Position numbers and translations under genes: made by a program | The notes under the pieces: generated by a model | What the model was told of the DNA's origin: nothing | The model's database searches: none | The model's input: only the letters and a program-made list of their open reading frames with translations | Part shown: positions 43,962 through 54,240 of the stretch, piece by piece | Layout of the letters: each line of letters opens with the position of its first letter | Position numbering within the stretch: position 1 is the stretch's first letter | NCBI GenBank assembly: GCA_949287225.1 | Contig: CASEFP010000120.1 | Coordinates: 265-64,264, forward strand | Source: an uncultured Lentisphaeria bacterium | GTDB lineage: Bacteria; Verrucomicrobiota; Lentisphaeria; Victivallales; UBA1829 | Direction: 5' to 3' | Length of the DNA stretch: 64,000 nucleotides

Positions 43962-45485
43962 TTAAAGGAATACGACTTTGCGGGCGAAAACACTCCGGAA
44001 GTAGTGGGTGTCGATTTCGACCATGGATTCCGAGAAGTGCGAGATGTTGTCCTCCAGGCGGATGACGATGCGGTCGGGTTCGATCCGGATGTTCATGTGA
44101 TCGGGCGCCGCACCGGTTGCCGCCAGTCCGCAGGCGATCCGCAGGATCGATGCCAGCTTGTTGAGGATGGAACGGTCGTCCGGATTCAGCACGGCGTATT
44201 CCGGATGCAGGATTTTGGGTTCCGCCTTGCGGTGATAGCGCGCGACAAGGGCGGCAAGACGGCGCTCCCGCATCGAGATGCCCGGGATTTCCGTGTTCAG
44301 GATGAGATAGTGTGAGTGTTTGTGATAAGCCTGGTTGTTGACGAAGAGCCCGCTCTTGTGCAGGCGGGAGGCTATCCGCAGGATCAAGAGCTCGCGTTTG
44401 CCCAGCCCGTGCAGTTTTTCCAGAAGCGTGAAGAGCCGTTCTGCAAAACGGCAGGTGCGTTCGCTGTAGTCGTTCCAGCAGAGATAGCGCGCGGCGGTAT
44501 GGTTGATGAGGTTGTGAATCTGTTCGTCGAAGATGTCCTTGATGCCGAATTCCGTGTCGATGAAGTCGCGCATCAGCACGTCCCTTGTGGAGGCCATCGG
44601 GACGACGATCGACTGTGCGTCCGTCAGGCGGAGGAGGTTTTCCAGAATCATGCAGCAGGGTGCGATGGTCTCTGCCAGATCGGGTGGAATCCGGTAGGTT
44701 TCGCTGACCTCCTCCAGACTCATGTTGAGAATGTCCGAGCGCAGTTTGAAGAATTCGTCGCGCGAAAGGCTTGCCGCAAGCGCGGTGCGCCGTCCCGTCA
44801 GGCGCAGGAGCGTCCGGACCGAGGAGCCCATCGCGATGATCGTTTCCGCCTTGATGCGGCCGGAGATGTGCTCCAGTTCGCTGAAGGATTTATCGACGAG
44901 CGTGGAGACGAACTGCACCATTGCCGTCGAGGAGAACGTGCCGGGCATGAGTTCAATCGCGCGCAGGGTCCCGACTTTGAGCGTTTCCGTGAAGCGGAGC
45001 TGCCCGCAGTCGTAGGCGCTGACCTGGCAGGCGCCGGTTCCGATGTCCGCAATGAGCGTGGATTTGCGTGCAAAGCCGTATTTCGCGGGGACGTCGCTGA
45101 CTGTGGCGATGTAATCCAGCCGCGCCTCGTCCGTGCCGTCGAAGATCCGGATGTCGATTCCGGTGGCGTGGCGGACGCGCTCGATGAAGATTTCCGCGTT
45201 TCCCGCCTCGCGCACCGCGCTTGTCGCAATCGCGCGGCAGAGCGTGACGCCGTATTCGTCCATCTTCTGTTTGAAATTGCGAAGGATGCCGCAGAGGATC
45301 TGGATGGATTCATCGGCGATCATCGCCGTGCGGAAGACGTTCGATCCGAGCGGAACTGGCATTTCGAGCTCCTCCAGCTCGACGAAGGAGCGGTCCGCGA
45401 CATTGACCTCGGCGATGAGCATCCGGGCGGAATGCGCCCCGATGTCGATCGTCGCCATCAGCTTTTTTTCCGCTTTCCGGGACAT
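43962..45485 (-). CDS. ppx: Exopolyphosphatase (Ppx/GppA family) with a C-terminal HD-like domain
   Basis: 507 aa with the ASKHA fold N-terminus ATIDIGAHSARMLIAEV, ADIGTGACQ and a C-terminal helical/HD region (RLHKSGLFVNNQAYHKHSHYLI). It lies 13 nt upstream of ppk. Confidence 0.88.
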   Translation of the reverse strand: MSRKAEKKLMATIDIGAHSARMLIAEVNVADRSFVELEELEMPVPLGSNVFRTAMIADESIQILCGILRNFKQKMDEYGVTLCRAIATSAVREAGNAEIFIERVRHATGIDIRIFDGTDEARLDYIATVSDVPAKYGFARKSTLIADIGTGACQVSAYDCGQLRFTETLKVGTLRAIELMPGTFSSTAMVQFVSTLVDKSFSELEHISGRIKAETIIAMGSSVRTLLRLTGRRTALAASLSRDEFFKLRSDILNMSLEEVSETYRIPPDLAETIAPCCMILENLLRLTDAQSIVVPMASTRDVLMRDFIDTEFGIKDIFDEQIHNLINHTAARYLCWNDYSERTCRFAERLFTLLEKLHGLGKRELLILRIASRLHKSGLFVNNQAYHKHSHYLILNTEIPGISMRERRLAALVARYHRKAEPKILHPEYAVLNPDDRSILNKLASILRIACGLAATGAAPDHMNIRIEPDRIVIRLEDNISHFSESMVEIDTHYFRSVFARKVVFL

Positions 45486-45487
45486 GT

Positions 45488-46468
45488 TCAGACGTTGCCC
45501 TTTCCGCGCGCAAGAATGGTGGCGCCCATCGCGACAGCGTCGTCGCCGTATGCGCTGCGTCTGATCTTGATTTTCGAGGGCGGAATGCCGAAGAGGTGCG
45601 CTTCAAAGCTCTTCCGGAAGACCGGCAGGATCACGTCGCCCATCGAGACCGTCACGCCGCCGCCGAGCACGATGCACTCCGGCGCGACGACCGCGCAGGT
45701 CGAGGCCGCCGCGATGCCGAGCATGACCGAACCCTTGTCCACGGCGTTGCGCACGGCGGGATCGCCCGCGGCATAGGCCTTCGCCAGATATTTGCTCTTG
45801 ATGTTCGTTGACTTCATGTCGAATTTGTCCGAAGGCAGAAGCGTGTCGAGCCCGCGTTTACGGATCTCCTTCTTGATCGCCTTCACATAGGCGATTTTAC
45901 TGCAGTAGGCCTCGATGCACCCCTTGTGCCCGCAGCCGCAGCGCCGTCCGCCCTTGCGGATGATCATGTGCCCGAGTTCGCCGGCAAGTCCGCAGTTGCC
46001 CTTCAGAAGTCTGTCGCCGATGACGAGCCCGCCGCCGAGCCCCGTCCCGATGAAGTAGCCGACGACGGAGTGACAGCCTTTCGCCGCGCCCGAATGGTAT
46101 TCGCTCAGGGTGCCGAGGTCTCCGTCGTTTCCGAGATAGACCTCCTTGCCGGTCAGCTTGCGGAGGATCGCCTTCATCGAGAGGTTCCGGACACCGAAGT
46201 TCGTGGCGAAGTGCGCGTCGCCCGTGACGGGATCGACGGGGGAGGGGAGCGCCGCGCCGATGTGGGCGACGTCCGCCAGCGTGAGATTTTTTTCCGCCAG
46301 CGCGAGCCTGCCGGTTTCAATCATCGCCTGGGCAATCTGTTCCGGTGTGGATTTCGCATCCGTCTGCGTTTTCGCGGTCGCCAGAATGCGGTTTGAAGCA
46401 TCGGTGACGATCGCATAGATTTTGCTTCCGCCGAGATCAATGCCGAGAGCCAGATCATTCGCGTTCAT
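45488..46468 (-). CDS. ROK-family sugar kinase (glucokinase-like)
   Basis: 326 aa with ALGIDLGGSKIY, GNDGDLG, GTGLGGG and the ROK zinc motif GELGHMII...CGCGHKGCIEAY. It ends 2 nt before the ppx start. Confidence 0.85.
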   Translation of the reverse strand: MNANDLALGIDLGGSKIYAIVTDASNRILATAKTQTDAKSTPEQIAQAMIETGRLALAEKNLTLADVAHIGAALPSPVDPVTGDAHFATNFGVRNLSMKAILRKLTGKEVYLGNDGDLGTLSEYHSGAAKGCHSVVGYFIGTGLGGGLVIGDRLLKGNCGLAGELGHMIIRKGGRRCGCGHKGCIEAYCSKIAYVKAIKKEIRKRGLDTLLPSDKFDMKSTNIKSKYLAKAYAAGDPAVRNAVDKGSVMLGIAAASTCAVVAPECIVLGGGVTVSMGDVILPVFRKSFEAHLFGIPPSKIKIRRSAYGDDAVAMGATILARGKGNV

Positions 46469-46637
46469 GGGGCACTTCCTTTCGTGTCTGGGTTGTCTGT
46501 GTCATGCCGCGACGCGGAGAAACTCTGTCCGTATCCCCCCGTTTCCCGCTTTCTCCGGACACACGGGAGTGCATCGCTTCATGGGATAACCTAATCCGTG
46601 AAAGGAATTTTGCAACAGCGGATTTGTTGGAAATTCA

Positions 46638-48308
46638 TTAGAATTTCACCACGCTGTAACCGTCCGGCGAGTTGCCGGCGCTGGATTTGCGCCATTCATA
46701 GGGCGGGAACGTATCTTTGTAATCCTCCGTCACCACGTCCGTGCGGGAGACGAAATAGATCTCTTTGCCTTTTTCCTTTTCGCGGCGGATCAGCTCTCTG
46801 AGCGCCGCAACGTCGGGGAGATGGCGGTGTTCCGCCTCGGGATATTTCAGTCCGTAGTCAATCTCGCCGCGCGAAACGAACATGTAGGCGTCCGCGCGTT
46901 TGTAGACCCAGCAGACATCCTGGAACGGGCGGCGGAACGTGACAAGCGCCGCATCCTTCGGCACCGGGACCGTTGCGAGGAATTCGGACGGAGCTTTGCG
47001 TTCCGATACGATGTCCGGGAACACGAAATGCGAACAGATCACCGTGTAGAGAAATCCGTAGAGGTAAAGCGCGATTTTCCGTTCCGGCGTATTTGTTTTC
47101 AGCGCATAGAGCATGCATTCCGCCCAGACGAGAGCAGCTAGAACAACCAGGATATATTTCAGAAACTCATGAGACGCATACAGCCCGACGGGCCACGCCG
47201 TGAACTGGTTGACGGTCAGCGCGATGACACCGAGAATCAGGACTGAGGAAAAAAGAATCGCCGTGATTTTGAAGGAGAGCATGCTTTTCCTTTCCGTGAA
47301 GAACCGTTCCGACAGCCCCGCCGCGATCAGGATCGAGAGCGGCGCGAAGCACGGCAGAATGTAGGTCGCCAGCTTCCCGCTGGAGCAGGAAAAGAACAGG
47401 AACGGCATGACGAAACAGCAGAGGCTGTATTTGAGCAGTTTGTTTGAGAAGATGCTTTTCCGCAGTCCGAGCACCGCGTCCGGCAGCATGATGATCCACT
47501 GGAGGAGTCCCAGCAGAAGCACCGGAACGAAGTAGAAGAACGACTCGCTGTGCTGCGCCTTTTCCTGTCCGAAGAAGCGGTTGAGGTGCTCCACGAAGAC
47601 GAAATAGTTCCAGTAGTCCGGTTCCGCGCGGTGCACGGCAATCGCCCAGGGCGCCGAAATCACGATCACACCGAGGAGCGGCAGCCACGGCAGAGTCAGA
47701 ATCTCCTTCCAGCGCTTTTCCCAGACCAGATACGGCACGATGCTTACGGCGGGAACCGCGAAGGCAAGAAACCCTTTTGTGAGAAACGCGCATCCGCACA
47801 GGAGCCCGGAAAGAAAGAGGTAAAACCATTTCTTTTTCCGCGGACAGTTTTCTTCAATTGCAAGGAAGAAAAACGCATTTGTCGCCGTCAGGAAGAAGGT
47901 CAGGATCGGGTCGAGAATGCCGACCGAGCCGAGCACAAAAACCAGCGGCAGTGTCAGAAAAATTGCTGTTGCGAACAATGCTGTTTTCCGTTCGAGGCAG
48001 CGCAGCGAGAGCAGATAGATCAGAAGCGCGCATCCGAGCGTCGCCAGCATTCCCGGCAGACGGAGCGCAAAAGAGTTTTCCCCGAAAAGTTTCATTGATG
48101 CCGCCCAGAGCCAGTATCCCATCGGCGGCTTTTCAAAGTAGCGGACGCCGTTGAGTTTTGGAGAAACCCAGTCGCCGCTTTCAATCATTTCCCGCGCGAT
48201 TTCCGCATAGCGCGTTTCATCGGGCGCCATCAGCGGACGGCCTCCGATGGGAAGGATGAAGAAGAGCGCCACGGCGCAGAGGGCGAGCAGAAACCATTTG
48301 TTTTTCAT
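46638..48308 (-). CDS. arnT: Undecaprenyl-phosphate-L-Ara4N:lipid A transferase ArnT-like (GT83)
   Basis: 556 aa polytopic protein. The N-terminus PDETRYAEIAREMIESGDWVSPKLNGVRYFEKPPMGYW closely matches the E. coli ArnT N-terminus as I remember it. Confidence 0.85.
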   Translation of the reverse strand: MKNKWFLLALCAVALFFILPIGGRPLMAPDETRYAEIAREMIESGDWVSPKLNGVRYFEKPPMGYWLWAASMKLFGENSFALRLPGMLATLGCALLIYLLSLRCLERKTALFATAIFLTLPLVFVLGSVGILDPILTFFLTATNAFFFLAIEENCPRKKKWFYLFLSGLLCGCAFLTKGFLAFAVPAVSIVPYLVWEKRWKEILTLPWLPLLGVIVISAPWAIAVHRAEPDYWNYFVFVEHLNRFFGQEKAQHSESFFYFVPVLLLGLLQWIIMLPDAVLGLRKSIFSNKLLKYSLCCFVMPFLFFSCSSGKLATYILPCFAPLSILIAAGLSERFFTERKSMLSFKITAILFSSVLILGVIALTVNQFTAWPVGLYASHEFLKYILVVLAALVWAECMLYALKTNTPERKIALYLYGFLYTVICSHFVFPDIVSERKAPSEFLATVPVPKDAALVTFRRPFQDVCWVYKRADAYMFVSRGEIDYGLKYPEAEHRHLPDVAALRELIRREKEKGKEIYFVSRTDVVTEDYKDTFPPYEWRKSSAGNSPDGYSVVKF

Positions 48309-48312
48309 TGTG

Positions 48313-49218
48313 TCACCTTTCCTGGGAGGGGGAGTCTTGTTTCAGCGCCAGCCACCCTTCGCGTCCGGGAATCTCCCCTTTCACGATGGATGCGCGCGGC
48401 AGCGACGCCGGATCATCGGGCAGCAGATCGCCCGGCGCGGCGAACGAGATTCCGCGCGCCTTCGCCATATCGAGGAATTCCTCAAACATCTGCAGACATG
48501 CTCCGCCTTCGGCTTCGGCATGGATCGTCAGCATGTTCTGCGCGTCTTCCCGGACGGTCGCCAGGAGACGCTCGTTGTAGTTTTCATTGGTCACGCCGTT
48601 TTTGCCGAGCATTTCATCATAAGTCGGCATGTTGAGCGGAAATTGCGGTGTTGCCAGAACCTTTCCGTCCACGAGAGGCAGAAAAACACCCGTGCCGCGG
48701 CAGTCGCTGTTGTAGCGGAAATGGAAGCGTTCCTTCACAAGAAGGGTGCTCTCCACGCATTTCCATCCGGGAACGGCGGAGCAGACCGGAGGTTTTCCGG
48801 TAATCCGCTCCAGTTCATCATACGCTTTTTTGATGTGCGCATAGATAGCATCTGAATTCATTTTATCCACATGCGCCTGCCATGCGTGGTGATCCCATGC
48901 GTGAACACCGATTTCATGCCCGGATGCCGCACAGGCGCGGATCGTGTCCGCGAGACGCGCGCCGATCCGTGGGCCCGGCCACATCGTTCCCATCAGGAGA
49001 ATGTCAAGCCCGTAGAGACTCGCCGCCTTCGTCCGCATCATCTTCCACAGGAAAGCCGGCTTGAGGAGCCGCCAGATATGGCGTCCCATGTTGTCCGGTC
49101 CGACGGAGAAGAAGAACGCCGCACGGATGCCGTGTCTGTCCAGCACGCGGCAGAGGTTCGGCACGCCGTCGCGCGTGCCGCGGAAGGTGTCCACATCGAC
49201 TCGAAGCGCGATTTTCAT
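48313..49218 (-). CDS. arnD: 4-deoxy-4-formamido-L-arabinose-phosphoundecaprenol deformylase ArnD (polysaccharide deacetylase fold)
   Basis: 301 aa: [22 protein letters not shown]...[19 protein letters not shown]...[11 protein letters not shown]. This is ArnD-like throughout. Its start overlaps the arnA stop by 4 nt. Confidence 0.85.
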   Translation of the reverse strand: MKIALRVDVDTFRGTRDGVPNLCRVLDRHGIRAAFFFSVGPDNMGRHIWRLLKPAFLWKMMRTKAASLYGLDILLMGTMWPGPRIGARLADTIRACAASGHEIGVHAWDHHAWQAHVDKMNSDAIYAHIKKAYDELERITGKPPVCSAVPGWKCVESTLLVKERFHFRYNSDCRGTGVFLPLVDGKVLATPQFPLNMPTYDEMLGKNGVTNENYNERLLATVREDAQNMLTIHAEAEGGACLQMFEEFLDMAKARGISFAAPGDLLPDDPASLPRASIVKGEIPGREGWLALKQDSPSQER

Positions 49219-51206
49219 TTGACGGTGAACTCGCCGGATTCCACCGCCTGGCGGAGGAAGAAGTCCAGCGTCATCTTGATGGAGTCTTTGAGCTTGACCT
49301 GCGGCTCCCAGTCACAGTATCTCTTCGCGTTGCGGATGCTCGGCTTTCTGTGCTGGACGTCCTGATACCCCTTGCCGTAGAAACTGCTGCTCTCGACCTC
49401 CTTGTAACCGGCGAACGGCGGGAATTTCTTCCGGAGCGGATGTTTCTCGAACTGCTTCACCAGTTCCTCGGCAAGCTCCTTGATGCTCGCCTCGTTGGAG
49501 GGACAGCCGATGTTGATGATCTTCCCGTCGCATTTCCCGTCCTTGTTTTCGATGATCCGGAACAGGCACTCGATGCCGTCGGTGACGTGGGTGAAGCAGC
49601 GCTTCTGCGCGCCTCCGTCGATCAGCTGGATCGGCGTGCCCTGGACAAGATTGAGGATCAGCTGCGTGATCGCGCGCGAACTGCCGATTCTCGCGGAGGA
49701 GAGGCTGTCCAGCTTCGGCCCCATCCAGTTGAACGGACGGAACAGCGTGAACTTGAGCTGGCCCTTTGCGCCGTAGGCCCAGATGACGCGGTCGAGCATC
49801 TGCTTGGAGCAGGAGTAGATCCAGCGCTGCATCCGGATCGGACCGGTGATGAGCGGGGAGTTGTCCTCGTCGAAACTTTCGTCCGTGCACATGCCGTAGA
49901 CTTCCGAGGTGGACGGGAAGATGATGCGTTTGCCGTATTTGACGCAGCAGCGGACAATCCGGAGATTCTCTTCAAAATCGAGTTCAAACACACGGAGCGG
50001 ATTCCGCGTATATTCAATCGGGGTCGCAATCGCGACCAGCGGAAGCACAATGTCGCACTTGCGGACATGGTATTCGATCCATTCGCGGTTGATCGTGATG
50101 TCGCCCTCGAAGAAGTGGAAGCCGGGGCGCCCGATCAGGTCGGAGATGTAGTTGGAGCGCAAGTCCATCCCGTAGACTTCGTAATCGCCGCTCTCCAGGA
50201 GCCGTTCACTGATGGCGCTCCCGATGAACCCGTTGACGCCGAGGATCAGGACGCTTTTCTTCTCCTTCTTCGCATTGCCCCGGAGCGAGCTGGTGAATAC
50301 CATCTTTTCCACCAGCTTGCACTCCTCCGCAAGCTGTGCGCCGGAGGAGTAAAGCCCGCCTTCCTGCTGGGCGTAACGGACAACCACCGCTCCCTTGCCG
50401 CAGGCGATTGTGAGCGGACTGGTCGAGAGCACCGTGCCGGGGAATGCCTTCGGCGCATTTTTCGCTTCGGCAACCTCCCAGAAGAGGTATTTCTTTTCTC
50501 CGAGATAACTGAAGGCTCCGGGATAGGGACGCGTGACGCCGCGCACGAGATTGCGGACCTCCGCGGCGCTTCTGCTCCAGTCGATGATGCCGTCCGCCGG
50601 TTTGCGCCCTCCGAAACAGGTGGCTTTCTTCTCATCCTGCTTCACGCCTTTGAGCGTGCCTTTTTTGAGTTTCGGGAGCGCGCCGCGCAGGAGTTTTGCC
50701 GCCGCCTTCGCAGCTTTTTCATGAACGTCGCGTGCGGTGTCGTTCGTGCCGATCGGGAATTTTTCCTGGGCGAGAATGTCGCCGGCATCGGGTTTTGCCG
50801 TCATATAATGAAGCGTCACGCCGGTCTCCTTCTCGCCGTTGATGACCGCCCAGTTGATCGGGCAGCGCCCGCGGTATTTCGGAAGAAGCGAGCCGTGCAG
50901 GTTGATGCATCCTTTCGAGGGAATTGCGAGAATTTCCTTTCCGACCATATTCCGGTAGTAGAAGGAGAAGATGAAGTCCGGTTTCATCTTTTCGATTTTC
51001 GCGACCCAGAGCGGATGGTTGATGTTGTCCGGCGCATAAAGAGGAAGATTCTTCTGCGAAGCGAGCTCCGCAACCGATTCAAACCAGAGATTTTCATTCG
51101 GATCGTCCCTGTGTGTGAACACCGCCTGAATTTCAAATCCGTTTTCGAGAAGCGCGCGGATTCCCTCGCATCCGATATTGTTGTAAGCCAGAACGACTGC
51201 TTTCAT
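49215..51206 (-). CDS. arnA: Bifunctional UDP-GlcA decarboxylase / UDP-L-Ara4N formyltransferase ArnA
   Basis: 663 aa. The formyltransferase half has [17 protein letters not shown]. The SDR decarboxylase half has [10 protein letters not shown] and [33 protein letters not shown]...[11 protein letters not shown]. These are long near-identical runs to E. coli ArnA as remembered. Confidence 0.92.
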   Translation of the reverse strand: MKAVVLAYNNIGCEGIRALLENGFEIQAVFTHRDDPNENLWFESVAELASQKNLPLYAPDNINHPLWVAKIEKMKPDFIFSFYYRNMVGKEILAIPSKGCINLHGSLLPKYRGRCPINWAVINGEKETGVTLHYMTAKPDAGDILAQEKFPIGTNDTARDVHEKAAKAAAKLLRGALPKLKKGTLKGVKQDEKKATCFGGRKPADGIIDWSRSAAEVRNLVRGVTRPYPGAFSYLGEKKYLFWEVAEAKNAPKAFPGTVLSTSPLTIACGKGAVVVRYAQQEGGLYSSGAQLAEECKLVEKMVFTSSLRGNAKKEKKSVLILGVNGFIGSAISERLLESGDYEVYGMDLRSNYISDLIGRPGFHFFEGDITINREWIEYHVRKCDIVLPLVAIATPIEYTRNPLRVFELDFEENLRIVRCCVKYGKRIIFPSTSEVYGMCTDESFDEDNSPLITGPIRMQRWIYSCSKQMLDRVIWAYGAKGQLKFTLFRPFNWMGPKLDSLSSARIGSSRAITQLILNLVQGTPIQLIDGGAQKRCFTHVTDGIECLFRIIENKDGKCDGKIINIGCPSNEASIKELAEELVKQFEKHPLRKKFPPFAGYKEVESSSFYGKGYQDVQHRKPSIRNAKRYCDWEPQVKLKDSIKMTLDFFLRQAVESGEFTVK

Positions 51207-51238
51207 TCGTGATCTCCTGCTAGTCTGTGAGCGTTGCG

Positions 51239-52198
51239 TTATTTTTCCTCAGTTGCACCTGTGACCTTTTCCACAAAGTACTGCGGACGGCCGCGGGCGT
51301 TCAGATGAATCTTTCCGATGTATTCCCCGAGCAGTCCCATCGCGGCGAACTGCCCGCCCATGAACACGAACGCGATGGAAAAGAGCGTGAACACGCCGTT
51401 TGCGCCCCAGTCCTTATCATAGATCCGCGTCATGATGAAGATGACGATACCGAAGACGATGCCGAGAAAGGCGATGAAGAATCCGAAGAAGGTCAGCATC
51501 CGGAGCGGGAATGTGGAGGTTCCGGTCAGCAGGTCGTACTGCAGCGCGATCAGCTTCCAGATGGAGTATTTCGATTCTCCCGCTGCGCGTTCGGCGTGCC
51601 TGACGTTGACCTCTACCGAGCGGCGCGCGAACGACATTGCCAGCATCGGGATGAATTTGCCCTGTTCACGGCAGTTCAGAATCGCATTGACGACCGGGCG
51701 GCTGTATCCGCGGAGCATGCATCCGTAGTCGGTCATGACCTTTCCCTTGGTCAGTTTCCGCACGATCAGGTTGACGGTTTTCGAGGCGAGTTTGCGGAAG
51801 ATCGTATCTTTGCGATTCTCTCGGATGGAGCCGACGACATCGTAACCCTCTTCCAGTTTTTCGACCAGCTTGTGAATCTCCTCCGGCGGATTCTGGAGAT
51901 CGGCGTCCAGCGTGACGATGTATTTGCCGCGCGACTGGGCGAGTCCGGCGGTTACGGCCGCGTGCTGTCCGAAATTGGTTGTCAGAATGACGCCGATTAC
52001 TTTTCCGGGATGATTCCGGGAGGCTTCCTCGATCATGGAAACCGATTGATCCATGCTCCCGTCGTCAACCAGAATGATCTCATAAGAGCGTTTCATCTCT
52101 TCGCATGCGGCGAGCGTCCGCCGGATCATTTCCGGAAGATTCGGTTCCTCGTTGTAAACCGGAATCACAATGGATAGTTCAAGTGTGTCCGCTGCCAT
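51239..52198 (-). CDS. arnC: Undecaprenyl-phosphate 4-deoxy-4-formamido-L-arabinose transferase ArnC (GT2)
   Basis: ORF 51239..52234. The start is taken at [18 protein letters not shown] (ATG 52198). It has a GT2 DxD region ([13 protein letters not shown]) and two C-terminal TM helices. Confidence 0.88.
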   Translation of the reverse strand: MAADTLELSIVIPVYNEEPNLPEMIRRTLAACEEMKRSYEIILVDDGSMDQSVSMIEEASRNHPGKVIGVILTTNFGQHAAVTAGLAQSRGKYIVTLDADLQNPPEEIHKLVEKLEEGYDVVGSIRENRKDTIFRKLASKTVNLIVRKLTKGKVMTDYGCMLRGYSRPVVNAILNCREQGKFIPMLAMSFARRSVEVNVRHAERAAGESKYSIWKLIALQYDLLTGTSTFPLRMLTFFGFFIAFLGIVFGIVIFIMTRIYDKDWGANGVFTLFSIAFVFMGGQFAAMGLLGEYIGKIHLNARGRPQYFVEKVTGATEEK

Positions 52199-52276
52199 GA
52201 TTGTTCCGTGGCTCCTCAGTAAAATTATCTGCAATTGTGCAATATACCGCCTGCGGCGGCATATTCCAAACCCGGA

Positions 52277-54073
52277 TCACTGAAAAATCGTGATTTTCCT
52301 TCTCTTCTCTTCTGGAACATTCAATGCGACGATCACGTATTTTTCCCTGCGGTTGTTTCTGTGTTCCCATTTCCGCACGGGTTCAGCCATGAAGACATTC
52401 TCCTGAATGATTTTGCGCAGTTCCGGTCTCTGGATACGCTGCCAGTCGCGGTACTCGGCGATCACGGCGACCGGCTTGTTTCCCGCATCCCTGAAGTAGC
52501 TGCAAAGATTTTTTTCCAGATCTTTTCCGGGGAAATCCCGGGCGAGGATTTCAATATGCTCTCCAAATGCGAGATAGTAGGACAGCTTGGTATAATTTTT
52601 TGACAGATAAGCCACATTGCCCTGGGAGATGCCGGCTTCCTTCATCTCGTGCGATGCTTCCAGAATGAACGTTTTCCCTGTCCGGAATTCAGCATCGACT
52701 ACGGGGAGGACGAGTCCGAAGATAAAGATCAGCAGCACCGCGCTCGAGACCGCCGTTCCGGGAAAACCGTGACAGGGGCAGAAACTCCATTTTGCATTGT
52801 CCTGCTTTCTCTTCCGGAAATAGAGGAAGAGGAAAATGAGCAGCAGTCCCAGCGGGAGCGGCGCACCGTAAATGAGCAGGCTGACGGCATACGGCAGATC
52901 GAAGGGCACAAAACGCTTCGCAAAGATCCAGAGCGCCGGAAGGAGCAGAACAAGGCAGCCGCCGATGAGAAAAACATATTGATAGATGTTCAGCAGAATT
53001 TCTTTTGCGCGTTCGAGCCATCCCGTTTCCATCCGGCAGAGATAAAGCGCCGTCAAAATCGCGCAGTAGGGCAGAATCGGAAGAATGTAATAGACGCGCT
53101 TTGATCCGGAGAGAGAGAACATGACGAAGATTGCGGCAATGGAGATTGTCAGCCAGCGCTCATCCGCTGAAAGCTCCTTCCATTTTCTGCAGGCCCATGC
53201 AAGAGCGAGGATGAGGAACGGCGTCCAGGGCAGGAACAGCTGCGGCAGATATTTGAAATAGTCATACCAGTCGCCCTTGTGGTCGAAGGGGGCGAAAAAG
53301 CGCGTGATGTTCTCACGGAACACGAGATAGATCCCATCGAAAGAGGTGTCCCCGTTTTTGAGCGCCACAAGCAGGAACGGCAGGAAATAGAGCAGGATGG
53401 ATACTATCCCTGCTCCGAAGAAACGCATGTTGAGGTGTTTTTTCCAGGTATTGTTCAACATAAGATCCACCAGCACGACGAGGACCGGAACCGCGATTGC
53501 GCTGAGTCCTTTTGTCTGGCCGCCCACTGCGCAGAGAGCCCCGAAGATCAGATAGGGTAGGAACGATGTCTTTTCCCGGTTGCGGATATACCAGGCGACT
53601 GCAAGAGTGCTGAAGGCGGTATTCAGCATGTCAGCTTCGGCGAGACGGCCCCAGAAGGCGAGGCTGTAAATGGTCAGCATGATCCAGCCTGCTGTCTGCG
53701 CGATGGCGCGTCCCCAGAGGTGTTCGGCAATGGCGCGTGCCGCCCAGAGGGTTGCCAGTGCGGCCAGTGCGCTTGGAATGCGGGCGATCAGTTCATTGAC
53801 GATTCCGTTGTTGAAGAGTGCGCAGAAGGCGATGAACCAGTAGCTCAGGATCGGCTTGTCGAAATAGATTTCGAAATTGATGGTCGGCTGGAAGAAATTG
53901 CCGCTCAGGAACATCTCACGGACGATGGCCGCCCAGCGTGCTTCGGAGCCGGAGATCCCCTTGACTCCGAGATTCAGGAAGAGCAGTCCGCAGGCCAGTG
54001 CCCAGAAGACGAGATCCGGGAGGTTCTGCATGGAGAAAAATTTTGATTTTGCGGAGATCGTATTCTGTTCCAT
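52277..54073 (-). CDS. GT39/GT83-like (ArnT/PMT-type) membrane glycosyltransferase paralog with a C-terminal soluble domain
   Basis: ORF 52277..54133. Start candidates are 54073 (MEQNT, preceded by GGAG), 54109 and 54133. The first loop reads GSEARWAAIVREMFLSGNFFQPTINFEIYFDKPILSYW and is alignable to the ArnT PDETRYAEI...YFEKP motif, but with SE in place of DE. Confidence 0.75.
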   Translation of the reverse strand: MEQNTISAKSKFFSMQNLPDLVFWALACGLLFLNLGVKGISGSEARWAAIVREMFLSGNFFQPTINFEIYFDKPILSYWFIAFCALFNNGIVNELIARIPSALAALATLWAARAIAEHLWGRAIAQTAGWIMLTIYSLAFWGRLAEADMLNTAFSTLAVAWYIRNREKTSFLPYLIFGALCAVGGQTKGLSAIAVPVLVVLVDLMLNNTWKKHLNMRFFGAGIVSILLYFLPFLLVALKNGDTSFDGIYLVFRENITRFFAPFDHKGDWYDYFKYLPQLFLPWTPFLILALAWACRKWKELSADERWLTISIAAIFVMFSLSGSKRVYYILPILPYCAILTALYLCRMETGWLERAKEILLNIYQYVFLIGGCLVLLLPALWIFAKRFVPFDLPYAVSLLIYGAPLPLGLLLIFLFLYFRKRKQDNAKWSFCPCHGFPGTAVSSAVLLIFIFGLVLPVVDAEFRTGKTFILEASHEMKEAGISQGNVAYLSKNYTKLSYYLAFGEHIEILARDFPGKDLEKNLCSYFRDAGNKPVAVIAEYRDWQRIQRPELRKIIQENVFMAEPVRKWEHRNNRREKYVIVALNVPEEKRRKITIFQ

Positions 54074-54240
54074 GGCTCCGAGTTCCTTTTGACGGTGTTG
54101 CTGTGTCATGATTTGAAAAAGCAAGTATAGCACTGGCGGAAATTCTTTTCAATCCGATTGTTGTTAGAATATTGTTAGAACTTCCGAACCGGACGTTATT
54201 CGGCCTGAATTTTATTTCCAGTTCGTGCCTGCATCAATAC

